From Cyanobacteria bacterium auto_48_18 (lineage in GTDB: Bacteria > Cyanobacteriota > Vampirovibrionia > Obscuribacterales > Obscuribacteraceae): 64,000 nucleotides of DNA. Shown here one piece after another: positions 23,338-33,340 of the stretch. Position 1 is the first letter of the stretch, and each line of letters starts with the position of its first letter. The stretch is from positions 64,001 to 128,000 of the forward strand of contig JAVHQC010000011.1 of the NCBI GenBank assembly GCA_036170915.1, in the 5' to 3' direction. The position numbers were made by a program, and so were the translations under genes. The notes under the pieces were generated by a model. That model was not told the origin of the DNA and made no database searches. It saw only the letters and a program-made list of their open reading frames with translations.

Positions 23338-24836
23338 TCTTCTCTCAAATGCGAACCGCGAGATTCTGTTCGCAGTAGGGCGGCCTGCGCAATAAGAAGG
23401 CCAACCTGGAAAATATTGCGATGACTATATTGTTCAGCTGTCAATTGACTCTCAGAAACACTCTTTGATGGCGAATTCAGTAGCATATTCAAACCGCTCT
23501 GTGACCGCACCAGGCCGGCGTGTCTGTACATCTGTGCGCGGAAAATTTGCACATCTAGCGGCAACAATATTTGCTCATTTCTCTTCTGGCTAGCATTTGC
23601 CCTAACCGATTTACAATCTGATGCAAATAGTTCATCACCAAGGTTTAGTGCCATAACTCCAGCTTCGAGCAGCGAATTGCTGGCTAATCTGTTAGCTCCG
23701 TGCAGGCCAGTGCACGCGCATTCACCAATTGCATAGAGACCAGGCACGCTGGTGCGCCCTGAAACAGTGGCTTTAATTCCGCCCATCATATAATGAGCTG
23801 CTGGCGCAACCGGTATCGGCTGCGTCAGTATGTCGATGCCGTACTGGCCGCAGGTTTTTAAGATATGCGGAAATCTCTTTTCTATCTGAGCCGCACCGAT
23901 CGGACGCATGTCTAAGTAAACTTGCGGCAAATCATTTTCACTCATAACAGAGTGAATAGCGCGAGCAACGATATCACGAGTGGCTAGTTCGCCATCTTGA
24001 TGAAAGCGTTTAACAAATCTTTGGCCCTTGTGGTCAAGCAGGGTGGCACCAGCGCCTCGGGTCGCTTCCGAAATGAGAAATGCAGGTGCATGGTCTAATC
24101 TCAAGGCGGTAGGGTGAAACTGCACAAACTCCATGTCACTTAAAACAGCGCCGATACGGTACGCCAGCGCGATACCGTCTGCAGTGGCTACCAGAGGGTT
24201 AGTGGTACGTTCGTAAACTTGTCCAATGCCACCCGTAGCCAGCACCGTGTGGGTGGAATGCACAATAGTTTTGGTGCCATCTTTGAGCAGTTCGGCTCCG
24301 CAACAAACATCGCCTGTGGTGCGAAGATTTATGGCAATGGTATTTTCTAAAACAATCAGGTTTTCATTTTCTATCGCCGCCGCCAGCAGTTTAGCGCTCA
24401 ACGCCTCAGTAATGGAACGACCTGTAGTGTCTTTGTTGTGCACAACACGGGCTTGTTTGTGGCCGCCTTCTAACGCCAGGTCATAAGCGCCCACCGGGTT
24501 TTTCTCGAATGCCACGCCAAGGCGATCTAATTCGGCAATTAAGCGGTGGCCATCAAAAATGATACTTCTTGCTGCATCAACATTGGTCAGTCCTGCCCCA
24601 GCTTTAATGGTGTCAACAAGGTGAATTTCTGGCGAGTCAAACGGGTTGGCACCTGTTACCGCAGCAACACCCCCTTGAGCCCATGAACTGTTTGAGTCAG
24701 AAAGGCCTGCTTTAGACACCAGCACCACTTTCAAATCTGACGATTGCAGACGCAATGCAAGCATTAAGCCTGCTATGCCGGAGCCGATGATTAGAACATC
24801 GGCATTAATGACTGGTGCGGTGCACTTGTTGTTCAT
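23271..24836 (-). CDS. nadB: L-aspartate oxidase
   Basis: GSGIAG FAD motif, SSWAQGG, EFVQFHPT, LISEA.RG, ELATRD, HYMMGG, GLHGANRLASNSLLE, ESRGSH. Confidence 0.95.
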   Translation of the reverse strand: MNNKCTAPVINADVLIIGSGIAGLMLALRLQSSDLKVVLVSKAGLSDSNSSWAQGGVAAVTGANPFDSPEIHLVDTIKAGAGLTNVDAARSIIFDGHRLIAELDRLGVAFEKNPVGAYDLALEGGHKQARVVHNKDTTGRSITEALSAKLLAAAIENENLIVLENTIAINLRTTGDVCCGAELLKDGTKTIVHSTHTVLATGGIGQVYERTTNPLVATADGIALAYRIGAVLSDMEFVQFHPTALRLDHAPAFLISEATRGAGATLLDHKGQRFVKRFHQDGELATRDIVARAIHSVMSENDLPQVYLDMRPIGAAQIEKRFPHILKTCGQYGIDILTQPIPVAPAAHYMMGGIKATVSGRTSVPGLYAIGECACTGLHGANRLASNSLLEAGVMALNLGDELFASDCKSVRANASQKRNEQILLPLDVQIFRAQMYRHAGLVRSQSGLNMLLNSPSKSVSESQLTAEQYSHRNIFQVGLLIAQAALLRTESRGSHLREDYADPLLTTASLDFVRHEATAK

Positions 24837-24845
24837 TATTGGCTC

Positions 24846-25841
24846 CTAGAAAATCGAAATCATGCGCTCGATAGCGAGACGCGCTTTGGAAGCTATTTCT
24901 TCTTCGACGGTGACATGAAACACATCATCAACCAGCGAGCGGTGCAGCTTTTCCAGAGTGATCATTTTCATAAACTGACAGCTCATTTCTGAACTGATTG
25001 GCAAAAATTCTTTTTCTGGATTTTCTTTTTTCAGTCTGTGCAAAATTCCAATTTCGGTAGCAACTACAAATTTTTTCGAGTCAGAAGAGTTTGCCAGTTT
25101 CAACATTCCTTCTGTTGATGCCACTTTCAAAACATCTTTGCTGTCGCCACCTTGCCGTGCAACGCGGTCCAGATATGGTGTCAAACATCCGCATTCAGGG
25201 TGAATGAGAAGTTCAGCATCAGGGTGCTCTTTCATTTTTTCGTCAATTTTACTTGGGTGTACTGCGGCATGTACGTGGCATTCACCCATCCAGATGTGCA
25301 TGTTTTTGCGCCCGGTCATTTTTTGAACCCACGAGCCAAGAAAAACATCGGGCAAAAACAAAATTTCTTTGTCGTCAGGTATAGACTGAACAATCTTCAA
25401 CGCATTGCCTGATGTGCAGCAAAAGTCTGATATGGCCTTGATTTCAGCGGTAGTGTTAACGTAAGAAACCACTACAGCGCCAGGGTGTTCCGCTTTCCAG
25501 TCAACCAACTGCTGCAAGTTAATAGATGCAGCCAGGGAACAACCAGCTTCAAGATCTGGTATCAAAACTCGCTTGGTGGGGCAAAGAATGGCGGCTGTTT
25601 CTGCCATAAAGTGCACTCCGCAGAAGACAATCATCTCAGCGTCAGTTTTAGCTGCTTGCTGAGAGAGCCCCAGAGAGTCGCCCACAAAGTCAGCCACATC
25701 TTGAATGATCGGAATTTGATAGTTGTGAGCAAGAATGACAGCATTACGCATTTTGCTGAGGTATTTAATTTCATCGACCAGGGTTTGCGTTTGTTTGTCG
25801 ATTTTAGAAAGGGTATTCATTGTTTGTTTTACCTCTTGCAC
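24846..25841 (-). CDS. nadA: Quinolinate synthase
   Basis: ILAHNYQ, GDSL.LS, FCGVHFMAET, AGCSLA, YVNT, ECHVH, HPEC, C.FMK. Confidence 0.96.
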   Translation of the reverse strand: MQEVKQTMNTLSKIDKQTQTLVDEIKYLSKMRNAVILAHNYQIPIIQDVADFVGDSLGLSQQAAKTDAEMIVFCGVHFMAETAAILCPTKRVLIPDLEAGCSLAASINLQQLVDWKAEHPGAVVVSYVNTTAEIKAISDFCCTSGNALKIVQSIPDDKEILFLPDVFLGSWVQKMTGRKNMHIWMGECHVHAAVHPSKIDEKMKEHPDAELLIHPECGCLTPYLDRVARQGGDSKDVLKVASTEGMLKLANSSDSKKFVVATEIGILHRLKKENPEKEFLPISSEMSCQFMKMITLEKLHRSLVDDVFHVTVEEEIASKARLAIERMISIF

Positions 25842-25871
25842 CCGAGCTCACTATCTGATTGTGGTGTCGAG

Positions 25872-25892
25872 TAAGCGTACTTCTTACGTTTT
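25872..25892. promoter_or_regulatory. Putative NrtR operator upstream of nadA
   Basis: Imperfect palindrome TAAGCGTACTTCTTACGTTTT with GT-N7-AC core. Confidence 0.65.
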
Positions 25893-26185
25893 ACCACTAA
25901 CTAGGCGGTTGTGCACCTAAAATTGCCAAGGTGCACATTAATTCGCAAGTTTTCGCTTAGTTTGGACCGTATCGCGACCCTTTACTGTGGATGCTGGCCC
26001 TCTGTGGTGGAGGCTATAACCGATCTAGGCCGCTAAACTAACTGTATAAACAACGGTAACCAAATATTCTGCCGATTGTCTTTTGCCTTCTCGGCATTTG
26101 GTTAAAGGCCTCTAAGAAAGCAGGGTGAGTCGTAAGACTGTGAGTGGGCCTGCTTAAGCAAGTGTTCAGTTGATTGCTTTAAGCC

Positions 26186-26206
26186 TTAGCGTTTGCTTTA
26201 CGATTA
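26186..26206. promoter_or_regulatory. Putative NrtR operator upstream of nrtR
   Basis: TTAGCGTTTGCTTTACGATTA, GT-N7-AC core, resembles the nadA site; just upstream of TATACT -10 (26214-26219). Confidence 0.6.
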
Positions 26207-26273
26207 CTTCCGGTATACTGGGGGCAATTCGAGCTCCTTTCAACACCGTGGCAGCGCGCAAAAACCATAATTT

Positions 26274-26948
26274 ATGGCTATTGAACCTATTAAAGTAACC
26301 GTCGATACCGTGGCTCTGGCAGTTCAAGAGGGCCAGCTAGAGATTGTTTTGGTAAAACGCAAGCGCGAACCCTTTAAAAATCTATGGGCATTGCCTGGTG
26401 GCTTTCTTGCCGATGATGACAGCATTGAGGACGCGGCTGCCAGAGTGCTTTTTGAAGAGACAAATGTTGGTGGTGTGTACCTCGAGCAGTTGTACACCTT
26501 TGGCGACCGCGGGCGTGATCCACGGGCTCGCGTTGTAACCGCATCATATCTGGCTCTGTTGCGGCAAGACGATTTGGAGCTCAGAGCCAGCGCTGATGCC
26601 AGTGGCGTGGCCTGGTGGCCAGTTTTGGATCTTCCACAGTTGGCTTTTGATCATAAGAGAATTGTCGAATACGCCCACCAGCGAATTAAATACAAAATCG
26701 AGTATTCAGCCGCTGCATTCAATTTGCTGCCTGACAAATTTACCTTGCGCGATTTGCAGTCAGTCTACGAAGCAGTTTTAGGCAGGCCGGTAGATAATCG
26801 AAATTTTCGCAAAAAATTTCTCAAGTCTGGCGTGTTGCGCGAGTTAGACGAAACCACCCAACAGGGATCTTTCCGTCCGGCCAGACTCTATGGTTTCTCG
26901 CAAGAAGAATTTGACGAGCTTCCTGATCGCCCGGTTTTTACTTTCTAG
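26274..26948 (+). CDS. nrtR: Nudix-related transcriptional regulator
   Basis: WALPGGF Nudix domain, LEQLYTFG..RDPR, LAFDH, wHTH FTLRDLQ.VYE..LG..NFRKK; divergent from nadA. Confidence 0.9.
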   Translation: MAIEPIKVTVDTVALAVQEGQLEIVLVKRKREPFKNLWALPGGFLADDDSIEDAAARVLFEETNVGGVYLEQLYTFGDRGRDPRARVVTASYLALLRQDDLELRASADASGVAWWPVLDLPQLAFDHKRIVEYAHQRIKYKIEYSAAAFNLLPDKFTLRDLQSVYEAVLGRPVDNRNFRKKFLKSGVLRELDETTQQGSFRPARLYGFSQEEFDELPDRPVFTF

Positions 26949-26982
26949 CCACGTCACGTCACGTCACTATATATGGTGCGCA

Positions 26983-27678
26983 CTATGTCTTGGCTTTCGC
27001 CTTGGCCTTAGGCTTCTCTTTGATGAAGTCGCTGCGATTGAGTACGGTGCCACGAAACTGACGCACAATGTATACAGGGGTATTTCTTCTTACCATGCCA
27101 TACAGGCGCGATATGTCTGAGTTGGAATGGCGAATGCAACCGTGACTGGCACTTTTTCTAATTTCTTTTGGCTCATTGGTACCATGCAGAGCTAACTCGT
27201 CGCCGTTGAGATATATCGCTGCTACTCCAAGCGGGTTTCTATGCGTCTGATTGTAGGGTGGGATCGGTTTCTGTTTTGGATCTATTGTTCTAGGCGGCAC
27301 CCAGATCGGAAACTGCTTTTTCATCGCTACCAGATATCTACCTGAAGGAGTTGGCTTGTCGATGGTTCCAATGGCATTCGATAAGGTCATCACTCGCATA
27401 ATTTCATCACGACGGCCGAAGTGTTGCAGCTGCAAAACGTGAGTGGAATGGCTGCCTTTATCAACAACGAGCACAGTAGGAGCATTCGAACGGTAGCCGT
27501 TAGTTTTCATTATTCCTGTCAACGCATAGTGTCCATTGATAAATGGATACTGCATATTTGCTTTGGCAACCCCAGGAACAGGTACAGCTTTCTTCGGATG
27601 AGCTACCGGAGCGCTAAACGCCGGCGCCCAAGCATTGATGCCGATGATCAATGCTGCCACTAAAGAAAACTGTTTCAT
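26983..27678 (-). CDS. L,D-transpeptidase (YkuD family), exported
   Basis: TPSG, NPLG, ALHGT...SHGCIR catalytic motif; signal peptide. Confidence 0.9.
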   Translation of the reverse strand: MKQFSLVAALIIGINAWAPAFSAPVAHPKKAVPVPGVAKANMQYPFINGHYALTGIMKTNGYRSNAPTVLVVDKGSHSTHVLQLQHFGRRDEIMRVMTLSNAIGTIDKPTPSGRYLVAMKKQFPIWVPPRTIDPKQKPIPPYNQTHRNPLGVAAIYLNGDELALHGTNEPKEIRKSASHGCIRHSNSDISRLYGMVRRNTPVYIVRQFRGTVLNRSDFIKEKPKAKAKAKT

Positions 27679-27764
27679 TGCGCCCCTCCGGCCAGACTAT
27701 TGCCCTAAGATCGCTAGTCGGAAGTAAGGAGAGTTAAGTTCCACTTTTAGAAGCGCCAGTTTGC

Positions 27765-28361
27765 CTATTTGAAAACTTCGTAAGGATCAACGTCAGCGGT
27801 TTGCCACCAATTGCGCTTAGCATCGCCCAGGCCAACAGCAAAATGCAGATGGGGACTAGTCGGCGGCGCGTTGCCCGAAGTGCCTACGTAGCCTATTACT
27901 TGGCCTTTTTTTACTTTGTCTCCATCTTTCAAATTGGCAGCATATTTTTCTAAATGCGCGTAGTAATAGACGTATTTATTCGACGGTTCACTCTGATAAA
28001 TGGTTAAACCGCCCGCTTTGCTCGAGAATAGTTTGACGATTACGCCGTTATCAACGGCCAGTACCGGAGTATTGCGGGGAGCGGCCATATCGGCGGCGTT
28101 ATGCTTGCTGTCACCGCGTATTTCAGTGAATGAACCCTTAATAGCAGCCATGTTAAAACCAGCGATTGGCGAACCTAAACGTTTGGCACGCAGTTCTTTG
28201 ATTGCTGCCTGCATTTCGGCGTCTGATAGTGGTGGCTGTTCTACAGTCGTTTTTACCTTTGGTTCTTCTTTGTCTGCCGCAGCACACGGGCCGAGGCTAG
28301 CCGCACTAAGGGCCAAAAAGCAAAGTATTAATATGGGAATACTTAGTCTATTCATGCGCAT
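27765..28361 (-). CDS. M23 family metallopeptidase, exported
   Basis: HNAAD (HxxxD), YAHL, HLHF; signal peptide. Confidence 0.9.
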   Translation of the reverse strand: MRMNRLSIPILILCFLALSAASLGPCAAADKEEPKVKTTVEQPPLSDAEMQAAIKELRAKRLGSPIAGFNMAAIKGSFTEIRGDSKHNAADMAAPRNTPVLAVDNGVIVKLFSSKAGGLTIYQSEPSNKYVYYYAHLEKYAANLKDGDKVKKGQVIGYVGTSGNAPPTSPHLHFAVGLGDAKRNWWQTADVDPYEVFK

Positions 28362-28554
28362 AAGGACGTTCCTAACAAGTTAGAAGTTCCAAGAAGCAAA
28401 TGACAGCTCTCAGTTGTGATTGTGGTACTCAAATGTTACGCGCTCGTTGAGAGTCGCATACAGGGAGGGTATTTGTTATGGCTTTCTGCAAAAATAGTTG
28501 GTCGCCGTAGCGGTTCAAGTTTCACTGTTGTGCAGAACGTTATCAAGGAGCTTC

Positions 28555-29169
28555 ATGAATAAGTACAATCGATTGTCGAAAGACACTGCCGCTGTTTTGC
28601 TAGTCGACCATCAGGCTGGCTTATTGTCACTGGTTAGAGATTTTACTCCTGATGAATTTAAAAACAATGTGTTAGCGCTGGCTGATGTCGCTAGATTTTT
28701 CAATTTGCCGACGATTTTGACTACGAGTTTTGAGCAAGGGCCCAACGGTCCCATCGTACCCGAGCTTAAAGCCATGTTTCCAGATGCGCCTTACATAGCT
28801 CGCCCCGGGCAGATTAATGCTTGGGACAATTCTGATTTTGTCGATGCCGTCAAAAAGACAGGTCGTAAACAGTTGATCATTGCCGGCGTTGTCACTGATG
28901 TATGTGTTGCTTTCCCTGCACTAGCCGCTTTAGAGGAGGGTTTTGAGGTCTTTGTCGCCACTGACGCTTCAGGAACTTTCAATACGACTGTGCGCGATGC
29001 TGCGTGGAGTCGCATGACTGAGAACGGTGCTCAACTTATGAATTGGTTTAGCATCGCTTGTGAATTGCACAGAGATTGGCGCAATGATATTGAAGGTCTG
29101 GGCGCGCTGTTGTGCAAACATTTGCCTGCTTACGACAATTTGATGCAGAGTTACTCCGTCAAAAAATAA
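28555..29169 (+). CDS. ycaC: Isochorismatase-family cysteine hydrolase YcaC
   Basis: LLVDHQAGL, GPNGP, RPGQINAWD, GVVTDVCVAFP, ELHRDWR; AAGGAG SD before ATG 28555. Confidence 0.88.
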   Translation: MNKYNRLSKDTAAVLLVDHQAGLLSLVRDFTPDEFKNNVLALADVARFFNLPTILTTSFEQGPNGPIVPELKAMFPDAPYIARPGQINAWDNSDFVDAVKKTGRKQLIIAGVVTDVCVAFPALAALEEGFEVFVATDASGTFNTTVRDAAWSRMTENGAQLMNWFSIACELHRDWRNDIEGLGALLCKHLPAYDNLMQSYSVKK

Positions 29170-29199
29170 TTCTGGTCAACGCCAAGACAGGGATACTTT

Positions 29200-29760
29200 A
29201 TGACCATTTCTACGCGCGGCGAGCTAATTGAATTGCTTGACCAAGGGAAAAGTTTTGAATACTTGCCGTTCTATGACCACCGTCTACCGGCCGATGGATC
29301 TATTAGTGAAACTTGTTGCAGCCAGTGGTTTCCTGCTTCATTTAAGGTTGATGGAATTTATTATTCCACAGCAGAACATTTCATGATGGCCGAGAAGGCG
29401 CGGCTATTCAATGATGAGGAAACCCTGCAAAAAGTGCTCAAATGTGACACCCCGCGCGAAGCCAAAGCACTCGGTCGCAATGTTCGAAATTTTGATTCCA
29501 AAATTTGGAAGCCACATTGTTCTCAGATCGTTATTCAGGGCAACCTTGCCAAGTTTGAACAGAATATTGATTTAGGCCACTGGCTTAAATCAACAGCGCC
29601 TAAAATTTTGGTTGAGGCCAGTATCGACGATCGAATATGGGGAATTGGCTTAGAGAGCTCAAATGCCGATGCCCATGATCCGCGCAAATGGAATGGCGAG
29701 AATTTGCTCGGCTTTGCAATAACACGCGTGCGAACGCTGCTGCTAGAAGCTAAAAATTAA
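29200..29760 (+). CDS. NADAR (YbiA-like) protein
   Basis: SQWF, TAEHFMMAEKA.LF.D, KALGR, LVEAS.DDRIWGIG, W.G.NLLG. Confidence 0.9.
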   Translation: MTISTRGELIELLDQGKSFEYLPFYDHRLPADGSISETCCSQWFPASFKVDGIYYSTAEHFMMAEKARLFNDEETLQKVLKCDTPREAKALGRNVRNFDSKIWKPHCSQIVIQGNLAKFEQNIDLGHWLKSTAPKILVEASIDDRIWGIGLESSNADAHDPRKWNGENLLGFAITRVRTLLLEAKN

Positions 29761-29824
29761 AGCGCAGCGGCTCCGATAACAGGTCCTCTATAATAATGAG
29801 AGAAAGAAGAGTTAGCCCAGCCAC

Positions 29825-30754
29825 TTGATTAAACTGCCTACCTACAAAGAACTTGGTCGACTGTTGTTGTTCGCCGCAGTAATGCTTAGCCTTCTGGCTG
29901 TAGGTGTATATCTTTACTACATGCCGCGATTTAATCGCTCTATGATCAATTATGTTTTGTTTCATCCGCCTGATAGAAAATTGAATCAGCGTATTGAAAT
30001 TGGTGGTGTGGTCGGCGAGCACCATAAAATTGCTGTTTCAACAACCGCGAAGTCTCCTGGCGCTGCCATTACTCTTGATTGTCTGTTATTGAAAGCGAAA
30101 GAAGAGAAGGGAATAATTTTATATTCGCAAGGCGTGGGCAGCTCTATAAATGGACTAGCCGACCATTTCAAAATAGCAACCATGCTGAAGCTAGGCTATT
30201 CGGTTTGCATTTATGATCACGAAGGGTACGGTCTATCCAGCGGTGAATGCAATCTAGATCGCATCGTACCTGATGCTATTGCTGCTTATGATTTTCTTGT
30301 CAAAAGCTTGCATTATCCGCAAAATTTAATTGTTGGTTATGGAGAATCTTTTGGTGGTGGCGTTACTTCTGAGTTAGTAAAGCACAGACCTCTTAAGGCG
30401 GTAATTTTAGAATCGACTTTTATTTCGCCGAAGCAGTGGGCCGACGATCAAGCCGGATTTACAGTTATCTATCCTTCGTTTCTCTTTATGGAACCGACCT
30501 TCGACAATCTGTCTATGTTGAAGGGCATTCACCCACCGGCTCTACTAATCGTCGCCGGAAAAGATAAAAGTATGCCGGCATCACATGCTGCACTTATGGA
30601 GAAAGAAGCAGTTCAGCCGTTCCAGTTTGTTAACTTACCAACTAGCAATCATGCGCTGGTTAGCCTGGCCGATCGTGATTTGTATGCCACTAGCATAAAT
30701 TCGTTTCTCACCAGATACGGTGCCGGTGCTGTGGGCTCTGGTAAACCGCTTTGA
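29825..30754 (+). CDS. Membrane-anchored alpha/beta hydrolase
   Basis: YD.EGYG.S, GESFGGG nucleophile elbow, C-terminal His (SNH). Confidence 0.85.
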   Translation: MIKLPTYKELGRLLLFAAVMLSLLAVGVYLYYMPRFNRSMINYVLFHPPDRKLNQRIEIGGVVGEHHKIAVSTTAKSPGAAITLDCLLLKAKEEKGIILYSQGVGSSINGLADHFKIATMLKLGYSVCIYDHEGYGLSSGECNLDRIVPDAIAAYDFLVKSLHYPQNLIVGYGESFGGGVTSELVKHRPLKAVILESTFISPKQWADDQAGFTVIYPSFLFMEPTFDNLSMLKGIHPPALLIVAGKDKSMPASHAALMEKEAVQPFQFVNLPTSNHALVSLADRDLYATSINSFLTRYGAGAVGSGKPL

Positions 30755-30808
30755 AAAGGTATTTTTCACAAATTCCTTTGCTTGCTAAGTGTGCGCTTTG
30801 CTCCCGAA

Positions 30809-31672
30809 CTAGATTGAGCTTATGGATTTTAGGTCTAGCACGTATAAACTTGTTGAATCCACAAAAAAGAACTTTGAGCCACGTGCGGCTGACTGTCTAA
30901 TTGGAATTCTTTCTCCTTTTGAATCCACCGGATAAAAGTCTTTGGCCGCGCTACCGCCGCCCAGTTCTAAAATAGTGAGATAGGGTGGGCTAGTCGCACG
31001 GGAACTTTGAAACATTACGGTGTCTTCTGTAACGGCGAAGTAACGCGAACGCGGGCCGATGTTTGTTTCGAAAGTGGTATCAATGTCAGCGTCGACAATT
31101 TTGGTGAGCCCATTATAGTTTTGATACCATACAACGCTGTCTGATACAACGTTAAGTCCATCGCACCAGTCTTTGGTGTACGAGTGCAGCATTTCGCCAC
31201 TGGCGTCAAAAACTGCCAGACCGACGTGTTGCTCTGACCGCATAAAAGCTTCATCTCCAAATCCGACCCAGATTTTATCAGTTTCAGTTATTTGAACATT
31301 CTGAGTATCGTGACCGAAAAATAACCGCTGCACAATGTCGCCCCGATGATTAATTACTGTGGCCGAGTCGGTTGGCGCTTGCTGCAGTGGTGCAATCAGG
31401 TAGCTCTTTCCGCTTAGAGGTTGAACAGCGAAGTTTCCCAATGGAACTTCACTTAACTCTATATCGCCTAAAGTCCCGTTTTGATAATGGCAAATTTTAT
31501 ACGAGTTTCTATGGTCATGCGTTTGCAAAAGTCGCGGGTATGCTTCGGTATTATTGAGATAGAGAATGACATCATCATTCGGCCCAACAAATATCTCGCT
31601 AAGCCGTAGATTCGCAAATCTGGCTTGGTAGTTGAAAAGTTTTTCCGCCTGAATTGGTTGAATGTTTCGCAA
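30809..31672 (-). CDS. Hypothetical protein, beta-propeller-like
   Basis: 287 aa; IWVGFGDE, GLAVFD.SG, DGLNV. Confidence 0.6.
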   Translation of the reverse strand: MRNIQPIQAEKLFNYQARFANLRLSEIFVGPNDDVILYLNNTEAYPRLLQTHDHRNSYKICHYQNGTLGDIELSEVPLGNFAVQPLSGKSYLIAPLQQAPTDSATVINHRGDIVQRLFFGHDTQNVQITETDKIWVGFGDEAFMRSEQHVGLAVFDASGEMLHSYTKDWCDGLNVVSDSVVWYQNYNGLTKIVDADIDTTFETNIGPRSRYFAVTEDTVMFQSSRATSPPYLTILELGGGSAAKDFYPVDSKGERIPIRQSAARGSKFFFVDSTSLYVLDLKSISSI

Positions 31673-31786
31673 GAATTATTCCTCTATCTTACAGAACAAT
31701 CATACTGATTATGTTTTCAGTAGCCGCCAACGTTAACAGTTGCGCTGCGCGTCCAAGTCAAAGTGATCATCATGCAACTGACTTGA

Positions 31787-32041
31787 TCACTCGTCATCTA
31801 AACTTGCCCTGAAGGCCGCGCAACGTTTCATAAATTCCTCCCACGCCGGCACTTCCGGTTGGGGATGAATTTTTTCAGGCAGAACATCCCACAGTTCAGG
31901 CAAATACCAGCAAAGGTCGTGGCCCTGCTGATCGCGTTGTTGCCTTAGCGCAGTACGCAGTTTAATTACTTCTGCGCGCAGTGCTTCGGCGTCCATAGTT
32001 AAAAGGTCATCGTCCATCATTGCCTCGTTTTGGTTGGCCAA
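31787..32041 (-). CDS. Small conserved hypothetical protein
   Basis: GHDLCWYLPELW..LPE...VP.W.EF..RC..FR motif. Confidence 0.7.
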   Translation of the reverse strand: MANQNEAMMDDDLLTMDAEALRAEVIKLRTALRQQRDQQGHDLCWYLPELWDVLPEKIHPQPEVPAWEEFMKRCAAFRASLDDE

Positions 32042-32086
32042 ACTGGTGGCTGTCTAGAGTAACCCGCCTTTTAGGCCACATGTTTC

Positions 32087-33235
32087 CTACTCATCAAGGT
32101 CCAAATCAATTTCGCATTGTCTATTAGATTGACTAGACAGATTTATAACCAGCATCGGTTTGCCTATAGAGGTCGGCAGTAATTGATCGGCTGGAATTGC
32201 TCGTACGGCAGTACCTATAGCAGTAAAGTTAACAAGCAGCCCGCTGCCAAAAGTAGAACCCTCCTGTTTCACTTTTTCAATTTCGGAAGATACTTCAACG
32301 CCAACTGCGCCATGGCCGCCACTTGCTTTCACTTCCTTTTTTAGCTTGTTTGTGGCTTGATGCCTGCTGTGATAAAGTCCACTGCTAAATCTCTCCAGTT
32401 CCTGATTTTGCAGGCTGGCAAAAATTCCAGTTTGGGCTTTCTGGGTTTGAGCGTCACCAGCGATATAGTAAGAACAGTTTCCTGCAACCAGGGCTGTAGG
32501 CCAATACCCTGCCTGGTAAAGCTGCCAGAATTCAGCGCCGGAAAGATGACTGAGAAATGGTGTTTTGCGCGTGGAATCGCCCAGGTGATGAGCATTCCCT
32601 ACGGTCATACCCATACCGGCAATGTGACCAATTGGGCCAGATCGCGGTTTTTTCTTAAAGAATGCATTGCCACCACCAGCAGGGCCAGGCGAGATATCCA
32701 CTTCTGCAAAGATAGGTTTTCCGGGTACATTTATGGCGGTACCTGTTGCGGTGAATTCGGTTATACCTTTGCCCCAGTTCATTCTGCGGCTCAAGATTTT
32801 TACATCAATAACACCTTCAGCACCTAATGTTTCAGCCTCGCGCGTTAGCCTATTTAATGCAAGAATGCGCGCGGTATTGTAAGTGACGGTAAGCGGGTTG
32901 ATTTCACAAGAATTGGTGCCATAGCTGCTGCTGTACTTCTCAAAATCTATATTGACGAATGCGCTGCCCATCACCTGAGTGATCACTTCATAGCCGGCTT
33001 GCCTTGATAAAAGAAAAGCGCCCGCGCCCATTGTAGTGCTGAAAAACTTTCCCTTAGTTTCTGCGATAGACTCTAAACGCTTAGTTGCCGCTGGCGTGAT
33101 GCCACCGCTTATAAGCTGTTCGATACCGTTAGTCTGCTCCCGCTGGCGTTCTCTCTCGTTCTCGTCTTTTCTAAAAAATCCAAATGGCAAGTTTGGCACC
33201 CTCGCGACTGCCACTATTTTACCTCGAACCTTCAA
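32087..33235 (-). CDS. Protein with two YbjQ-like (putative heavy-metal-binding) domains
   Basis: AL.RL..EA..LGAEGVIDV and GGHGAVGV...FTAIGTAV repeats; start uncertain. Confidence 0.75.
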   Translation of the reverse strand: MKVRGKIVAVARVPNLPFGFFRKDENERERQREQTNGIEQLISGGITPAATKRLESIAETKGKFFSTTMGAGAFLLSRQAGYEVITQVMGSAFVNIDFEKYSSSYGTNSCEINPLTVTYNTARILALNRLTREAETLGAEGVIDVKILSRRMNWGKGITEFTATGTAINVPGKPIFAEVDISPGPAGGGNAFFKKKPRSGPIGHIAGMGMTVGNAHHLGDSTRKTPFLSHLSGAEFWQLYQAGYWPTALVAGNCSYYIAGDAQTQKAQTGIFASLQNQELERFSSGLYHSRHQATNKLKKEVKASGGHGAVGVEVSSEIEKVKQEGSTFGSGLLVNFTAIGTAVRAIPADQLLPTSIGKPMLVINLSSQSNRQCEIDLDLDE

Positions 33236-33340
33236 AGGCTTTAGAACGCTAGCGTTGTCAAGAAAAGCTGATTGGAGACAATATTCAACTAATGCGACAA
33301 TTGCAGCCCAAATCTTAGTTCACCTGCTAGATTGGAGCCC

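Noticed and set aside
26950..26967. (CACGT)3 microrepeat
   Set aside because: Very short, between convergent gene ends, no functional context
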